Position numbers and translations under genes: made by a program
Part shown: piece after piece, positions 46,101-55,543 of the stretch
Layout: the number at the start of each line of letters is the position of its first letter
Numbering within the stretch: position 1 is the first letter of the stretch
The notes under the pieces: generated by a model
The model's database searches: none
What the model saw: only the letters and a program-made list of their open reading frames with translations
Told to the model about the DNA's origin: nothing
NCBI GenBank assembly: GCA_049303675.1
Contig: JBAQNJ010000001.1
Span: 199,494 to 263,493 of the forward strand
Direction: 5' to 3'
Length of the DNA stretch: 64,000 nt
Source of the DNA: Microgenomates group bacterium
GTDB taxonomy: Bacteria > Patescibacteriota > Microgenomatia > UBA12405

Positions 46101-47129
46101 TTAAAATTGTTCAAGAAACTTTAAATCGTTACTAAGTAAATGTCGAATATCGTTTAGTTTAGTTCCCGATTTCATCATATAAGTACGTTCAACACCCCAC
46201 CCGAAGGCAAAACCAGTATAAACAGATGGATCAATCTTACCTGACTTTAGCACATTGGGGTGAACCATTCCTGCACCACCGAGTTCCACCCACCCTTCCT
46301 TACAGAACTTACAACCATTACCCCCACAAAGACCGCAACTGACATCGATTTCAAAACTTGGTTCGGTAAAACGGAAATCGTAAGGCCGAAGTCGAATTTT
46401 ACGATCAGCAGAAAAAAAGTGTTTGGCAAAATAATCAACTACTCCGATAAGATGAGCAATACTAATACCTTTGTCAACTACTAATCCCTCAAATTGAAAA
46501 AAAGTTGGGTTGTGAGAAACATCCTCTTGTCGGCGCCCGCAACGAGAGATATTTAACATTCGAATAGGAAGATTGCCTTTAAGCATTTCTCTAACTTGTC
46601 CATTTGAAGTGTGGGGAGTAACAACTTGACGACCAAGGTCAGATTTTGGTGGGGTATCAATAAAAAATGTTTCGAACTCATCCCGAGCTGGATGGGTGGA
46701 AGGTATATTTAAGGCTTCGAAGGCAAAGTACTCCCAATCAATTTCTGGATAACGGACTTGAGTAAAGCCTAATGGCTTAAAAATTTCAGTAATTTCCCTG
46801 ATTGCTTGAGTAATAACATGGAGATGTCCAACATTAGGTTTAATCCCTGGCAAAGAACGCTTGAATGTTTCATCAACCTCATCTTTAAGACTATTTCGAA
46901 TTATTTTATCTGACTCATCAATTGCCAGGGTAATTTTATCCTTTAGTGCATTCACTTCTTCCCCAAAACTCTTTTTTTCTTGCGGTGGAATAGAAGAAAT
47001 GGTACCAAATAGCTCAGCCAGTAGACCCTTTTTTCCCAGATACTTTGTTCTAATTTCTCCCAACATCGTGGAGGTGTTGACAGAGACAATATCAGAACTA
47101 AATTGTTTTTCTATTTCTTTAATTTTCAT
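46101..47129 (-). CDS. pheS: phenylalanine--tRNA ligase alpha subunit
   Basis: Class II motifs present (FRFTEPSFEIDV, GWVELGGAGMVHP) and the Zn-binding CGLCGGNGCKFC. The start was trimmed to MKIKEIEKQ because the longer ORF covers the tRNA-Phe. Confidence 0.85.
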   Translation of the reverse strand: MKIKEIEKQFSSDIVSVNTSTMLGEIRTKYLGKKGLLAELFGTISSIPPQEKKSFGEEVNALKDKITLAIDESDKIIRNSLKDEVDETFKRSLPGIKPNVGHLHVITQAIREITEIFKPLGFTQVRYPEIDWEYFAFEALNIPSTHPARDEFETFFIDTPPKSDLGRQVVTPHTSNGQVREMLKGNLPIRMLNISRCGRRQEDVSHNPTFFQFEGLVVDKGISIAHLIGVVDYFAKHFFSADRKIRLRPYDFRFTEPSFEIDVSCGLCGGNGCKFCKEGWVELGGAGMVHPNVLKSGKIDPSVYTGFAFGWGVERTYMMKSGTKLNDIRHLLSNDLKFLEQF

Positions 47130-47135
47130 AATACG

Positions 47136-47208
47136 GTGCCGAAGGTTGGACTCGAACCAACATTCCAGGTTTTTCAGACCAGTGCCGTGACCATCTTGGC
47201 TACTTCGG
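47136..47208 (-). tRNA. tRNA-Phe (anticodon GAA), 7 nt upstream of the pheS start
   Basis: Acceptor GCCGAAG/CTTCGGC. Anticodon loop CTGAAAA. T-arm GTTGG-TTCGAGT-CCAAC. There is one T-T mismatch in the anticodon stem. Confidence 0.7.
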
Positions 47209-47212
47209 CTAA

Positions 47213-47239
47213 TAAAAAACCTCCCTTTTTGTCTGGGAG
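47213..47239 (-). terminator. terminator-like hairpin (cctccc...gggagg) with a T-run on the minus strand, between the GT-like gene and tRNA-Phe
   Basis: Seen directly. Confidence 0.45.
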
Positions 47240-47385
47240 GCTTGTTTAATTTTACCTTTTTCAAGATTCAAGCCTCCGTTAATACGGAGTAAAGAAGAAA
47301 AAGTTAAAATTAAAAACATTGATCACAAGACGATAGTACCACTAAGTAGATATTTAGGTCAATAGCGATAATTATTAAGAAGAAC

Positions 47386-48624
47386 CTAAGATATTTGACC
47401 AAAAATCTCTCGACACTTTTCCTTTGTGAAAATTGAAGTATAAGTCAGAACCGTTTTTTGCTGGCTGGAAAGGAGTTTTTCTCTGACATTCTCGTCTTTT
47501 ATCGCTTGATCGACTTTCTTTAATACTTTTTTCATATCTTCAACCAGAGCGTTCTCTTTATCAAAATTATTTATTAAACTTTGAATCTCACCAATCTCCT
47601 GATCGGGATTATTGTTGGCTTTTCTGTTTATTCTTGTATTAAACAACATTTCTGGGAAAATTTTGCGAAGCTCATTTAAAGATAATGAATCACCCATTAA
47701 TCTTGAATAATTTGAGAAATGACCATCGTGTTGTTCTGGCAAAAAGATAATCGGCACGTCATACAACAAAGATTCATATAAAGTTGTAATCCCAACAGGT
47801 GCAAAAAGTAAAATGGACTCATTTAGCAGGTTCAACAACTCATCATGGCTAAGAGATTTAATTTTAATTCGATCATTAGTAACTTTAATTTGTGATGCAA
47901 CTAAAGGATTGGTTGTTAATATTATTTCAATGTCCTCCGGTAATTGTCTAATAAATCCTCCAAGTAATGTAAGTACCAGCTCGGAATATTTAATGGCATT
48001 TTCTATCTTATTCAACGGAGACAGTAATCCAGATAATGAAACTATAATTTTATTTCTCTTTAAGTTTTTCCTCTTTAGTGTTGTGTCAATAATGGCTCCA
48101 ATTTCTTTAGAACCAATTTTTTCACGAAACGAGTCTTCTTTCTTTGCAACATTTATAAAAGTCTGTGTCAGGCTGTAGTCCGACAGTTTGTGAGCAATAT
48201 ATTGGAGGTGGTGATCATCGAAACTTGTTAAATGTTTCCATTTGTTGATGGTGCTGGAATTGGTGTTATTTTTCAAACTATTTTCAATTAAATTTAGATG
48301 TTCATTATCCCAACTCCAAAACCAAAATAAACTGTCTACGTAAAAAGTTTTTTTGTTATTGAGCGATGACCATATCGCCAAATGTGGTTCCATAACACTG
48401 ATAACTAAATCATACGACTGAAGGTCTGGATATGTGCCAGAAAAACTTGTTATTTTGTTAAATAAATTCTTGTTTTGTTGAACATAAATTAAAGCAATAC
48501 TATCGCCCACAAAGTCTACTTCTACATCAGATCCCTCAAGGCTACTGATTAGTTTTACTAGGGTTACTAGTTTTGACACCGGTCCATAACCAAAAGATTG
48601 AGCAGAACAAAGGATCTTTTTCAT
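47386..48624 (-). CDS. putative GT-B fold glycosyltransferase (low confidence)
   Basis: N-terminal FGYGPVSK and the overall size resemble MGT/UGT-like GT-B enzymes. No diagnostic motif. Confidence 0.35.
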   Translation of the reverse strand: MKKILCSAQSFGYGPVSKLVTLVKLISSLEGSDVEVDFVGDSIALIYVQQNKNLFNKITSFSGTYPDLQSYDLVISVMEPHLAIWSSLNNKKTFYVDSLFWFWSWDNEHLNLIENSLKNNTNSSTINKWKHLTSFDDHHLQYIAHKLSDYSLTQTFINVAKKEDSFREKIGSKEIGAIIDTTLKRKNLKRNKIIVSLSGLLSPLNKIENAIKYSELVLTLLGGFIRQLPEDIEIILTTNPLVASQIKVTNDRIKIKSLSHDELLNLLNESILLFAPVGITTLYESLLYDVPIIFLPEQHDGHFSNYSRLMGDSLSLNELRKIFPEMLFNTRINRKANNNPDQEIGEIQSLINNFDKENALVEDMKKVLKKVDQAIKDENVREKLLSSQQKTVLTYTSIFTKEKCREIFGQIS

Positions 48625-48626
48625 GT

Positions 48627-49874
48627 TTATAAAGAACTCGCGGCTACCATTTTCCCGCAGGTTTTACATGAATAATTCCAACCATCTTTTAGAACCATTC
48701 GACCCTGACAATTCGGACACGTAGGATCTTTAAACTCGTTTAAATTATCACTGATTTTTTCGAGCCTCTGGCATTCGTTTATGTTAATCAATGTACCTTC
48801 TTTTCCGGCAAAAGCATCATAAAGTTGCATAACCTTTAGTGCATCTACCAGTCCTGCAATTTGGGGCTTTTTCTTTTTGCTCACGCAGTCGATAAAGTAC
48901 GACAGTTCGTGATAATAACCCAGAAGAAAAGAACCTTTGTTGTAAAGTTGTCCTAAGGAGAATTCAGGTGAAAAGAATTGTGCCCCGTTGGGGTTATTGG
49001 GGAGAAAATCTGTTGTAGTGCCGTAAGGCAACCGTTGACTGGGCGGATAATATCGAATATTAATGTTGTTGTCGAGACATACGTTGGCATTTTCTCCAGT
49101 TATTTCCAATTGCTCAAGCGGACACATTTCTGAAGCTCCAGGACATAAATGTATAGTGCCAATAACATCTTCATTTTTATGTATTAGAGTTGCGACAGCG
49201 CTACCTCGACCATTTCGTTTGTAATACAGATAGTCAGGTCTACCTAGTAAAGCAATCAAACTAGAAGCAACATGAACAAAATCATCAATAAAACGTCTAC
49301 CGCTTGCACTGGTAATATCTCTAATGTCATTAGGGAGATCAACTGGATATCTCATCGAATAGGAATTAATTTTCCCAAACTCTTCTCTTTTAATTATTTC
49401 TTGTATCTTTCTTATACTCGGCATAAACATTTTTTTGAATCCAACCTGAGCAAATGCCTTTCCTTTTTGTTCTGACTTTATATATTCTCTGACTTCTTCA
49501 CTGTTTCTAGCTGGAGGTTTTTCAAACCAGACAGGCATGCTTCTTTCTAGCAAATCCTTAACTATCTGAAAATACAGGGGCGTTCCGTCTTCAGCATAAC
49601 CAACCACGACAATAACAGCATCTAGTTCTTCTTTCTCTAACATTTCTTGGTACGAGGTGTAAGCGCTATGAGCTCCAAACTTTGCTTTGTAAGCCTTAGC
49701 CTTTGCTTCATTTTGATCACACACTGCCACCAACTCGACGGGGATGTACTGTAGAGCAGAAAGGATATTTCTAAATGAATGGCTACCACAACCAATAAAT
49801 CCGATTTTTACAGGTAATCTGTTTCCTGTCTTTATTAATTCGCCTTCTATACCAAGATAAAAATTATTTTTCAT
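48627..49874 (-). CDS. Gfo/Idh/MocA-family oxidoreductase with a C-terminal CxxC...CxxC zinc ribbon
   Basis: IGFIGCGSHSFRNIL Rossmann. The C-terminus has CPNCQGRMVLKDGWNYSCKTCG. Confidence 0.6.
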   Translation of the reverse strand: MKNNFYLGIEGELIKTGNRLPVKIGFIGCGSHSFRNILSALQYIPVELVAVCDQNEAKAKAYKAKFGAHSAYTSYQEMLEKEELDAVIVVVGYAEDGTPLYFQIVKDLLERSMPVWFEKPPARNSEEVREYIKSEQKGKAFAQVGFKKMFMPSIRKIQEIIKREEFGKINSYSMRYPVDLPNDIRDITSASGRRFIDDFVHVASSLIALLGRPDYLYYKRNGRGSAVATLIHKNEDVIGTIHLCPGASEMCPLEQLEITGENANVCLDNNINIRYYPPSQRLPYGTTTDFLPNNPNGAQFFSPEFSLGQLYNKGSFLLGYYHELSYFIDCVSKKKKPQIAGLVDALKVMQLYDAFAGKEGTLININECQRLEKISDNLNEFKDPTCPNCQGRMVLKDGWNYSCKTCGKMVAASSL

Positions 49875-49886
49875 ATTTTTATAAAT

Positions 49887-51320
49887 TTATATTTCAAATG
49901 TAACATATGGGATATTATTATTGCGACCTGCGGCTAATGCCTCACAAACCTTAGCTAGGATTTTGTTAGTTCTATCTTGTTGCGACAATTCAGAGTTGTC
50001 TTCTTCGTTGTTTAAAAATTTCAGAAGAATATTGTCTTTTCCTTTCTCATTATGTCCCATGTAATAAATATCGTCTTCATTCTTTTTCTTCATATCTTGC
50101 CCAAAATCAATCTTTTCGAAGTTTTTCCCTCCAACAAGTCCTGAGTTTCTGAATAGATAGATGTCAAAATGATGTTCGTTTCCGACCCCTTCAATAGACT
50201 CTGTCGCGCGATTTCTCGCTTCATAAGCCTGATAGGTATGAACTTGAATATTTAGTAAGTTTGATACCTGAATGTTTTGACGTTCATGTCTTAACCGGCC
50301 ATTACCCTTATAAGTATCTTCGGGGAGATCCAACCAAGCCCTTCTTGAGAACGAATTTTGCTGCAACGTTATCGAACCTGTCGTTACCACTTTATTATCT
50401 CTCAGTAACTGCAACATGATAAAAACATCTAGTTCTCCGTAATTTTTGAAATTTTCTTCTTGATATTTTTCAAAAAATGAGGTGATATTTTCTGATTTTC
50501 CGAATAGCTTTTCATAGTTTTGCTGGTTTATTTGATGAAAAAAATCTACTGGAGAAAAACTATTTACATACAACCTGGCTTGATTTGGTTTCTTATCAAC
50601 GACTTGATCATTTAATTCAGTAATCCACGAAAAAAGGTCTACACCATGATATCCAGAATGCATCAGTTTACCGTAGCCGTATTTGTATGGATGATTTTCC
50701 TTTTCAAATTCATTTGGCATTGTCCAGGTTCCGTCAGCAAAGTAACTGTCGAAGTATGAAATTGGTACCCCGTATTGCTTTATGAAATCATTTAAATAAT
50801 CTCTGATGAAAATGTAACCATCATGACTTCTCCTTTGTACTGAAACATAACACCTGCCTTTTGATTTTTTTACCATTTGCTCAATTTCCAGGAAATCACG
50901 ATAGACTTTTTTTGACGACTCAATGTCTACATTTGAACCAACTGGTGACGTGATTGGTTTGTCTAACAATATGGGAATATTATTATCAGTAGCCCATTTT
51001 AGATAAATATTGTGGGCTTTTGGCTCTGTCGCGATAATAATTCCATCAATTCGGCGCTGTGAAACCAATAGGTCCAACTCTTTTTCCGCTATCGGATCAA
51101 GCTTATCACCCAATCGATTATGATCATTGTTATCTAAATAGATACTCTTTTCTGGCTTTAAATTACTCTCTAGAATAAATCTTTCTATTTTAGATCGTTG
51201 GTCTTCCAGATCTATAACAAGAGATAAATGAATATTAAATTGTGCCTGGTATTTTTCCAAAAGAGGATAATATATTTTTCGTGCATGAGGACCAACCCCA
51301 ACCAATGCTATATTTTTCAT
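49887..51320 (-). CDS. Gfo/Idh/MocA-like NAD-binding oxidoreductase
   Basis: IALVGVGPHARKIYYPLL N-terminus and a long C-terminal domain. Confidence 0.55.
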   Translation of the reverse strand: MKNIALVGVGPHARKIYYPLLEKYQAQFNIHLSLVIDLEDQRSKIERFILESNLKPEKSIYLDNNDHNRLGDKLDPIAEKELDLLVSQRRIDGIIIATEPKAHNIYLKWATDNNIPILLDKPITSPVGSNVDIESSKKVYRDFLEIEQMVKKSKGRCYVSVQRRSHDGYIFIRDYLNDFIKQYGVPISYFDSYFADGTWTMPNEFEKENHPYKYGYGKLMHSGYHGVDLFSWITELNDQVVDKKPNQARLYVNSFSPVDFFHQINQQNYEKLFGKSENITSFFEKYQEENFKNYGELDVFIMLQLLRDNKVVTTGSITLQQNSFSRRAWLDLPEDTYKGNGRLRHERQNIQVSNLLNIQVHTYQAYEARNRATESIEGVGNEHHFDIYLFRNSGLVGGKNFEKIDFGQDMKKKNEDDIYYMGHNEKGKDNILLKFLNNEEDNSELSQQDRTNKILAKVCEALAAGRNNNIPYVTFEI

Positions 51321-51781
51321 TTTTACTATTATAAGGCAATTGTTTCGGTTTTGTAATCATAATTTAGAGGTATGATTAGTTATGAACATATCTACATGGT
51401 TACCTACACTGGCAGTTTTAGTCGTTGTATTTGGAATCAAATTTATGTAGATTTACTGGAAAAAAGACCAGTAGATACAAGTAAATTACCATTTATTAAA
51501 AAAGTATATACTCTTACCAACTCCGAAAAATATTTTTTTCGATTTCTTGAGGAATTGTCGATAGTTAAAGAAAATTTTTATGTCTTTCCAATCTTTCTTT
51601 CAAATTATCACTACATCCTATGTATGGATGATTATTAATACATCTTAAAACATAAACGTACTGCACAAGTCCATTTTACATCAAAGCGGACATTGTCCGC
51701 CGAAGCGAAAGCAACGAGACAATGGTATAGGATGAAGAGTTAGAAAACAACAGGCCTACGTTTTACTTCGGCCTGCGAAGG

Positions 51782-51864
51782 CGGAAGGGGAGGGAGTCGA
51801 ACCCTCATGCCATTTCTGACGCGGGTTTAGCAAACCCGTGGCTTACCATTCGCCGCACCCTTCC
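51782..51864 (-). tRNA. tRNA-Ser (anticodon GCT), long variable arm
   Basis: Acceptor GGAAGGG/CCCTTCC. Anticodon stem CGGGT/ACCCG with loop TTGCTAA. T-arm GAGGG-TTCGACT-CCCTC. Confidence 0.8.
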
Positions 51865-52027
51865 AGAGAAAAGCTATTTAGCTTTTTGATAGAAACGTCT
51901 ATTGATTTATCAATATTACGTTTCATGGTATTAAGAAAAGAGGAACGTAATAAATTCACAGAATTTAAACGTTCCATTTTCGCTCCGCTCAAGTATATCA
52001 AAAAACTAGGCTCAATTTTATGTTAAG

Positions 52028-52585
52028 ATGATATTGATGACAGACGCAAAAAAGAAGCTTGACCCAATCGATTCCCAGATTGAAGATGTCAATGAAGAGA
52101 AGGTCTTGTTTGAATGGATAGCCCCCGAACGTGCTTTTCAACGCCGCGAAAAAGATTTTTGGATTACTGCCGTAGCCATTTTAGTACTAGTAGCTGTTAT
52201 TTTTATATTTATCAAAGAGTTTTTCTTGGTCATCGCCCTCGGCTCACTCTTGTTTTTATTCTATGTCCTATCAACTGTTCCACCGGAGAATATCAAATAT
52301 AAGATTACCAACCGAGGGGTTTATTTTGGTGAAGCCCATTATTATTGGGACACTTTGGAAAAATTTTGGTTCCAGAAAAATTTGAGTACAGAAATGATTC
52401 ATTTTGGCACTATTCTCAAGTTTCCTCGGACAGTTTCACTGGTCATCAAAGCCGCCGATAAAGAAAAATTGCAGGAAATTGTCGTTAAACTAATTCCCCT
52501 TGTAGAGAATCCACCCAATTCGGTCGATAAAATTACCAACTGGTTTTCCGCCCGTTTGCCACTAGAAGATAGGCAGAAGACTTAG
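52028..52585 (+). CDS. hypothetical 2-TM membrane protein
   Basis: Two adjacent hydrophobic helices. ORF only. Confidence 0.45.
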   Translation: MILMTDAKKKLDPIDSQIEDVNEEKVLFEWIAPERAFQRREKDFWITAVAILVLVAVIFIFIKEFFLVIALGSLLFLFYVLSTVPPENIKYKITNRGVYFGEAHYYWDTLEKFWFQKNLSTEMIHFGTILKFPRTVSLVIKAADKEKLQEIVVKLIPLVENPPNSVDKITNWFSARLPLEDRQKT

Positions 52586-52618
52586 ACAGCTAAATACGAT
52601 ATAATCAACAAGTTTTAC

Positions 52619-52690
52619 GCACCTATAGTTTAATGGATAGAATAGCGGTTTGCGGAACCGTTGATCCGGGTTCGATTCCCAGTGGGTGCA
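52619..52690 (+). tRNA. tRNA with anticodon GCG (Arg?)
   Basis: Acceptor GCACCTA/TGGGTGC (one GU pair). Anticodon stem GCGGT/ACCGT with loop TTGCGGA. T-loop TTCGATT. There is one mismatch in the T-stem. Confidence 0.6.
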
Positions 52691-52713
52691 CAAAACGGAA
52701 ACATATCTAACGA

Positions 52714-53094
52714 TTATTGTTCAGAAAAGTTTTTTTGAAATCTCTTAAGTTCACCAGATTGATCACCGTAATATACTATTTTAGTACTTCCATTAAGTGG
52801 TTGTTTTTCTGGTACAGAATATAATAAATAGATATTTGGTTTATCTGTTTGAATGGCCCTACGAATTAATGTACCTAAATTATCATGACCGATATGAGGT
52901 AATTCTATTTCATTGATTGTTTGTAAATTTAGAGCTTCTTGAATCTGTTCTAATGTTAAAGTACTTTCATCTAGAATTGCTGCTTGGCTAGGATTTTCTT
53001 GAACTTGACTTAATTTAGCTTGATGGTTACCAACTAAACTTTTTATCCTATCAGCTGTACTTGATTCTGGAGTTGGAATACTTTTGTTGTCCAT
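52714..53094 (-). CDS. hypothetical protein (126 aa)
   Basis: ORF only. Confidence 0.4.
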   Translation of the reverse strand: MDNKSIPTPESSTADRIKSLVGNHQAKLSQVQENPSQAAILDESTLTLEQIQEALNLQTINEIELPHIGHDNLGTLIRRAIQTDKPNIYLLYSVPEKQPLNGSTKIVYYGDQSGELKRFQKNFSEQ

Positions 53095-53508
53095 GAAAGA
53101 TATTATAATTCAACGGCAGTTTATTTGCATACATTTCTAAAAGTCTCCACCAAATCCTTGATACAATATATCAGCTCATGGAACCTATCTGTGGTTAGAT
53201 ACAGCTCCCCCTGGGCGCACATTACCTCTTTAATATTGGAAAATCATTGGGTAACGATTCCTCCAATAGACTGATGGCAAACAAATCTTCCACCCCATTT
53301 CTTTTATTTTCTCGGGTCGCTCCATCAATAGATACCTGATAGACAGCTTCTTCACAAACCTCATCCACAAATGCTTCAAACCCTGTTTTGCTCAAAGGCA
53401 ATCTAGCTCTATCAACAGCATTTAGATATGAGGCGGCCATTTTGACCATTTTTAGGTCGATATTCTTCATGGGGAATATTATACAAATTAGATATAATAC
53501 ATCCAAGA

Positions 53509-53595
53509 GGAGAGATGCGCCGAATTGGTAAGGCAGCAACCTCGAAAGTTGCCGGTCGTAAGGCCATGGGGGTTCGAGTCCCTCTCTCTCCGCCA
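53509..53595 (+). tRNA. tRNA-Ser (anticodon CGA), long variable arm, CCA encoded
   Basis: Acceptor GGAGAGA/TCTCTCC. Anticodon stem GCAAC/GTTGC with loop CTCGAAA. T-loop TTCGAGT. Confidence 0.85.
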
Positions 53596-53596
53596 T

Positions 53597-54595
53597 TTAT
53601 CTCAAATATCTCTCAAAAAATTCTACCGTTCGCAGCATCGCTGTCTTAAAATCTGGACTGGAGATATTGTGATCTCCCTTGTCATATTCATAAAACTCCA
53701 CTATTTTCCCCGCATTTTTTAACTCTTGATACAAGTGTTGTGATAATTGAATTGGCACGCTGTCATCGGTAGACCCATGATGTAATTGAACAGGGGACTC
53801 TATTTTTTGGATATAAGAGTATGGATCCATTTTGGACCAAAAAGGCGATTCCATTCTTGGTTCACCAAATCTTTTTACCAAATCATAGGGAGAATTAGTG
53901 TTCGTCTCCACCAAATTAGGTATTAGCTTTTCATTACCGATCCACGGAATTTTACTCCGATAATTAATTAGCAAATCTTCATAGCTCCCCACCACTCCCG
54001 CCCAAATGACTGTCGCCTTAATATCTTTTGACGCTTCAATTGTTCGCAGGGCTATCCCCCCACCATTCGAATGGCCCCACAGTCCTATCAATTTTGGATT
54101 TGTCTTTTGGTAACTTTTGAGGGCCGAGATTAAGTTCAGAGTATCAACTACATAATCTTGATTAAAATTAGAATTGACTGGCATCCCTGCCGATTTTCCA
54201 TGACCTCGGAGATCCGGCTTAAATGTTACCCAGCCATTTCTCGCCAATCCATCTTGGTACGCCACATATCTCTCGGTCGTCTGGTATTTTGTCGGATCGA
54301 GGTATCCATGAAGCATCACAATTGTCGGGAACTTATCCTCCACTCGGTCACTATTTGGCACAGTTAGTAGTCCGTATATTTTCCACCCATCCGACAAATA
54401 GGAGGCAATATATCTCTGGTAATTTGATCCCGCCGGCAGCATCTCCTCTATTTTTATCTCACTCACCGGATAATCTCTACTTATTAGCGTTTCGATATAC
54501 AAAAACGCCATCGGGTCAGGTGATTTGGCAGGTGATATTACTAAATATCCCATAACCACTGCCAAAACCAACAATAATACTAGCCATCTTTTCAC
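53597..54595 (-). CDS. secreted alpha/beta hydrolase (S9 prolyl-oligopeptidase/dienelactone-hydrolase-like)
   Basis: Signal peptide. Nucleophile elbow GHSNGG. Downstream D and H residues present. Confidence 0.7.
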   Translation of the reverse strand: MKRWLVLLLVLAVVMGYLVISPAKSPDPMAFLYIETLISRDYPVSEIKIEEMLPAGSNYQRYIASYLSDGWKIYGLLTVPNSDRVEDKFPTIVMLHGYLDPTKYQTTERYVAYQDGLARNGWVTFKPDLRGHGKSAGMPVNSNFNQDYVVDTLNLISALKSYQKTNPKLIGLWGHSNGGGIALRTIEASKDIKATVIWAGVVGSYEDLLINYRSKIPWIGNEKLIPNLVETNTNSPYDLVKRFGEPRMESPFWSKMDPYSYIQKIESPVQLHHGSTDDSVPIQLSQHLYQELKNAGKIVEFYEYDKGDHNISSPDFKTAMLRTVEFFERYLR

Positions 54596-54652
54596 TATTT
54601 AATACTACCATGTTCATAATACCTACTCTCATAATTATTGGTAAAATAGGCT

Positions 54653-55543
54653 ATGTATCTCTTATTTTTAGACGCACTTACCGACAGTCTTCGTACTGTG
54701 CCCCTCCTGCTCATCATCTATATCGGTATTGAGCTGGTTGAATACCAATTTGGCGACCAAATTAGAAATTGGGTCTCCCGTGCTGGCCGCACCGGCCCCG
54801 TTGTTGGTGCCGTTTCCGGTGCATTCCCTCAATGTGGTTTTTCGGTCATCGCCACTGCTCTCTATACCCAGCGTTTGGTCACCATGGGTACTTTACTAGC
54901 AGTTTATCTATCTACCTCCGACGAAGCCATTCCCATTATATTATCCCGACCCGAGAGTACTCATCTAATTTGGCCGATAATTGGGATCAAAATAGTTATT
55001 GCTATTGTGGCCGGTTTAGTTATTGATCTAATTTTCAAAAAGTCCCAGAATCAAATTATCAAACATCAACTAGCCATCGAGACCGGCCATGACAGCCACA
55101 GTCATCATCACGAAGTCGTCTTGGACGAAGTTGCCTGTTGTGGTCACTCTACTTCTTGTACCTCCAAAAAGTTTGATATCCGCGAAATTTTTTGGCACCC
55201 CCTTCTCCATACCCTCAATGTTTTTGTCTTTATTTTTATCTCCACTCTCCTAATTAATTATCTCCTCCAATATTTCTCCCTGACTATTTTCAACAACGTT
55301 TTTCTCACTTCCTTAGTTGGTCTCATTCCCAACTGCGCCGCCTCGGTTTCCCTTACTGAATTGTATTTGCAGGGAGCCATCGGCTTTGCCCCCGCTATTT
55401 CAGGACTCTCGGCCAGTGGTGGACTAGGACTATTAGTTTTGTATCGTGAGGAGAAAAACAAATTTCATTTTTTCAAAATTGTCGCCTTACTTTACTCTGT
55501 TTCCGTTATTGCTGGACTAATTATTTTGGCCACTGGGCACTAA
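54653..55543 (+). CDS. polytopic membrane protein with a His/Cys-rich loop (HDSHSHHH, CCGHSTSC), putative metal-ion permease
   Basis: About 8 TM. The GAFPQCGFS motif resembles ArsP/DUF318-type permeases. Confidence 0.45.
   Translation: MYLLFLDALTDSLRTVPLLLIIYIGIELVEYQFGDQIRNWVSRAGRTGPVVGAVSGAFPQCGFSVIATALYTQRLVTMGTLLAVYLSTSDEAIPIILSRPESTHLIWPIIGIKIVIAIVAGLVIDLIFKKSQNQIIKHQLAIETGHDSHSHHHEVVLDEVACCGHSTSCTSKKFDIREIFWHPLLHTLNVFVFIFISTLLINYLLQYFSLTIFNNVFLTSLVGLIPNCAASVSLTELYLQGAIGFAPAISGLSASGGLGLLVLYREEKNKFHFFKIVALLYSVSVIAGLIILATGH

Noticed and set aside
47130-47264. N-terminal extension of the pheS ORF (MKKVKLNKPPRQ...)
   Set aside because: It reads through tRNA-Phe. The canonical PheS start MKIKEIEKQ lies downstream.
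51838-52026. 62-aa ORF on the + strand
   Set aside because: Its 5' end overlaps tRNA-Ser (GCT) (51782..51864). It has no motif.
53222-53596. 124-aa ORF on the minus strand
   Set aside because: It overlaps the well-folded tRNA-Ser (CGA) on the + strand and its protein sequence is Leu/Pro-rich. It is treated as spurious.
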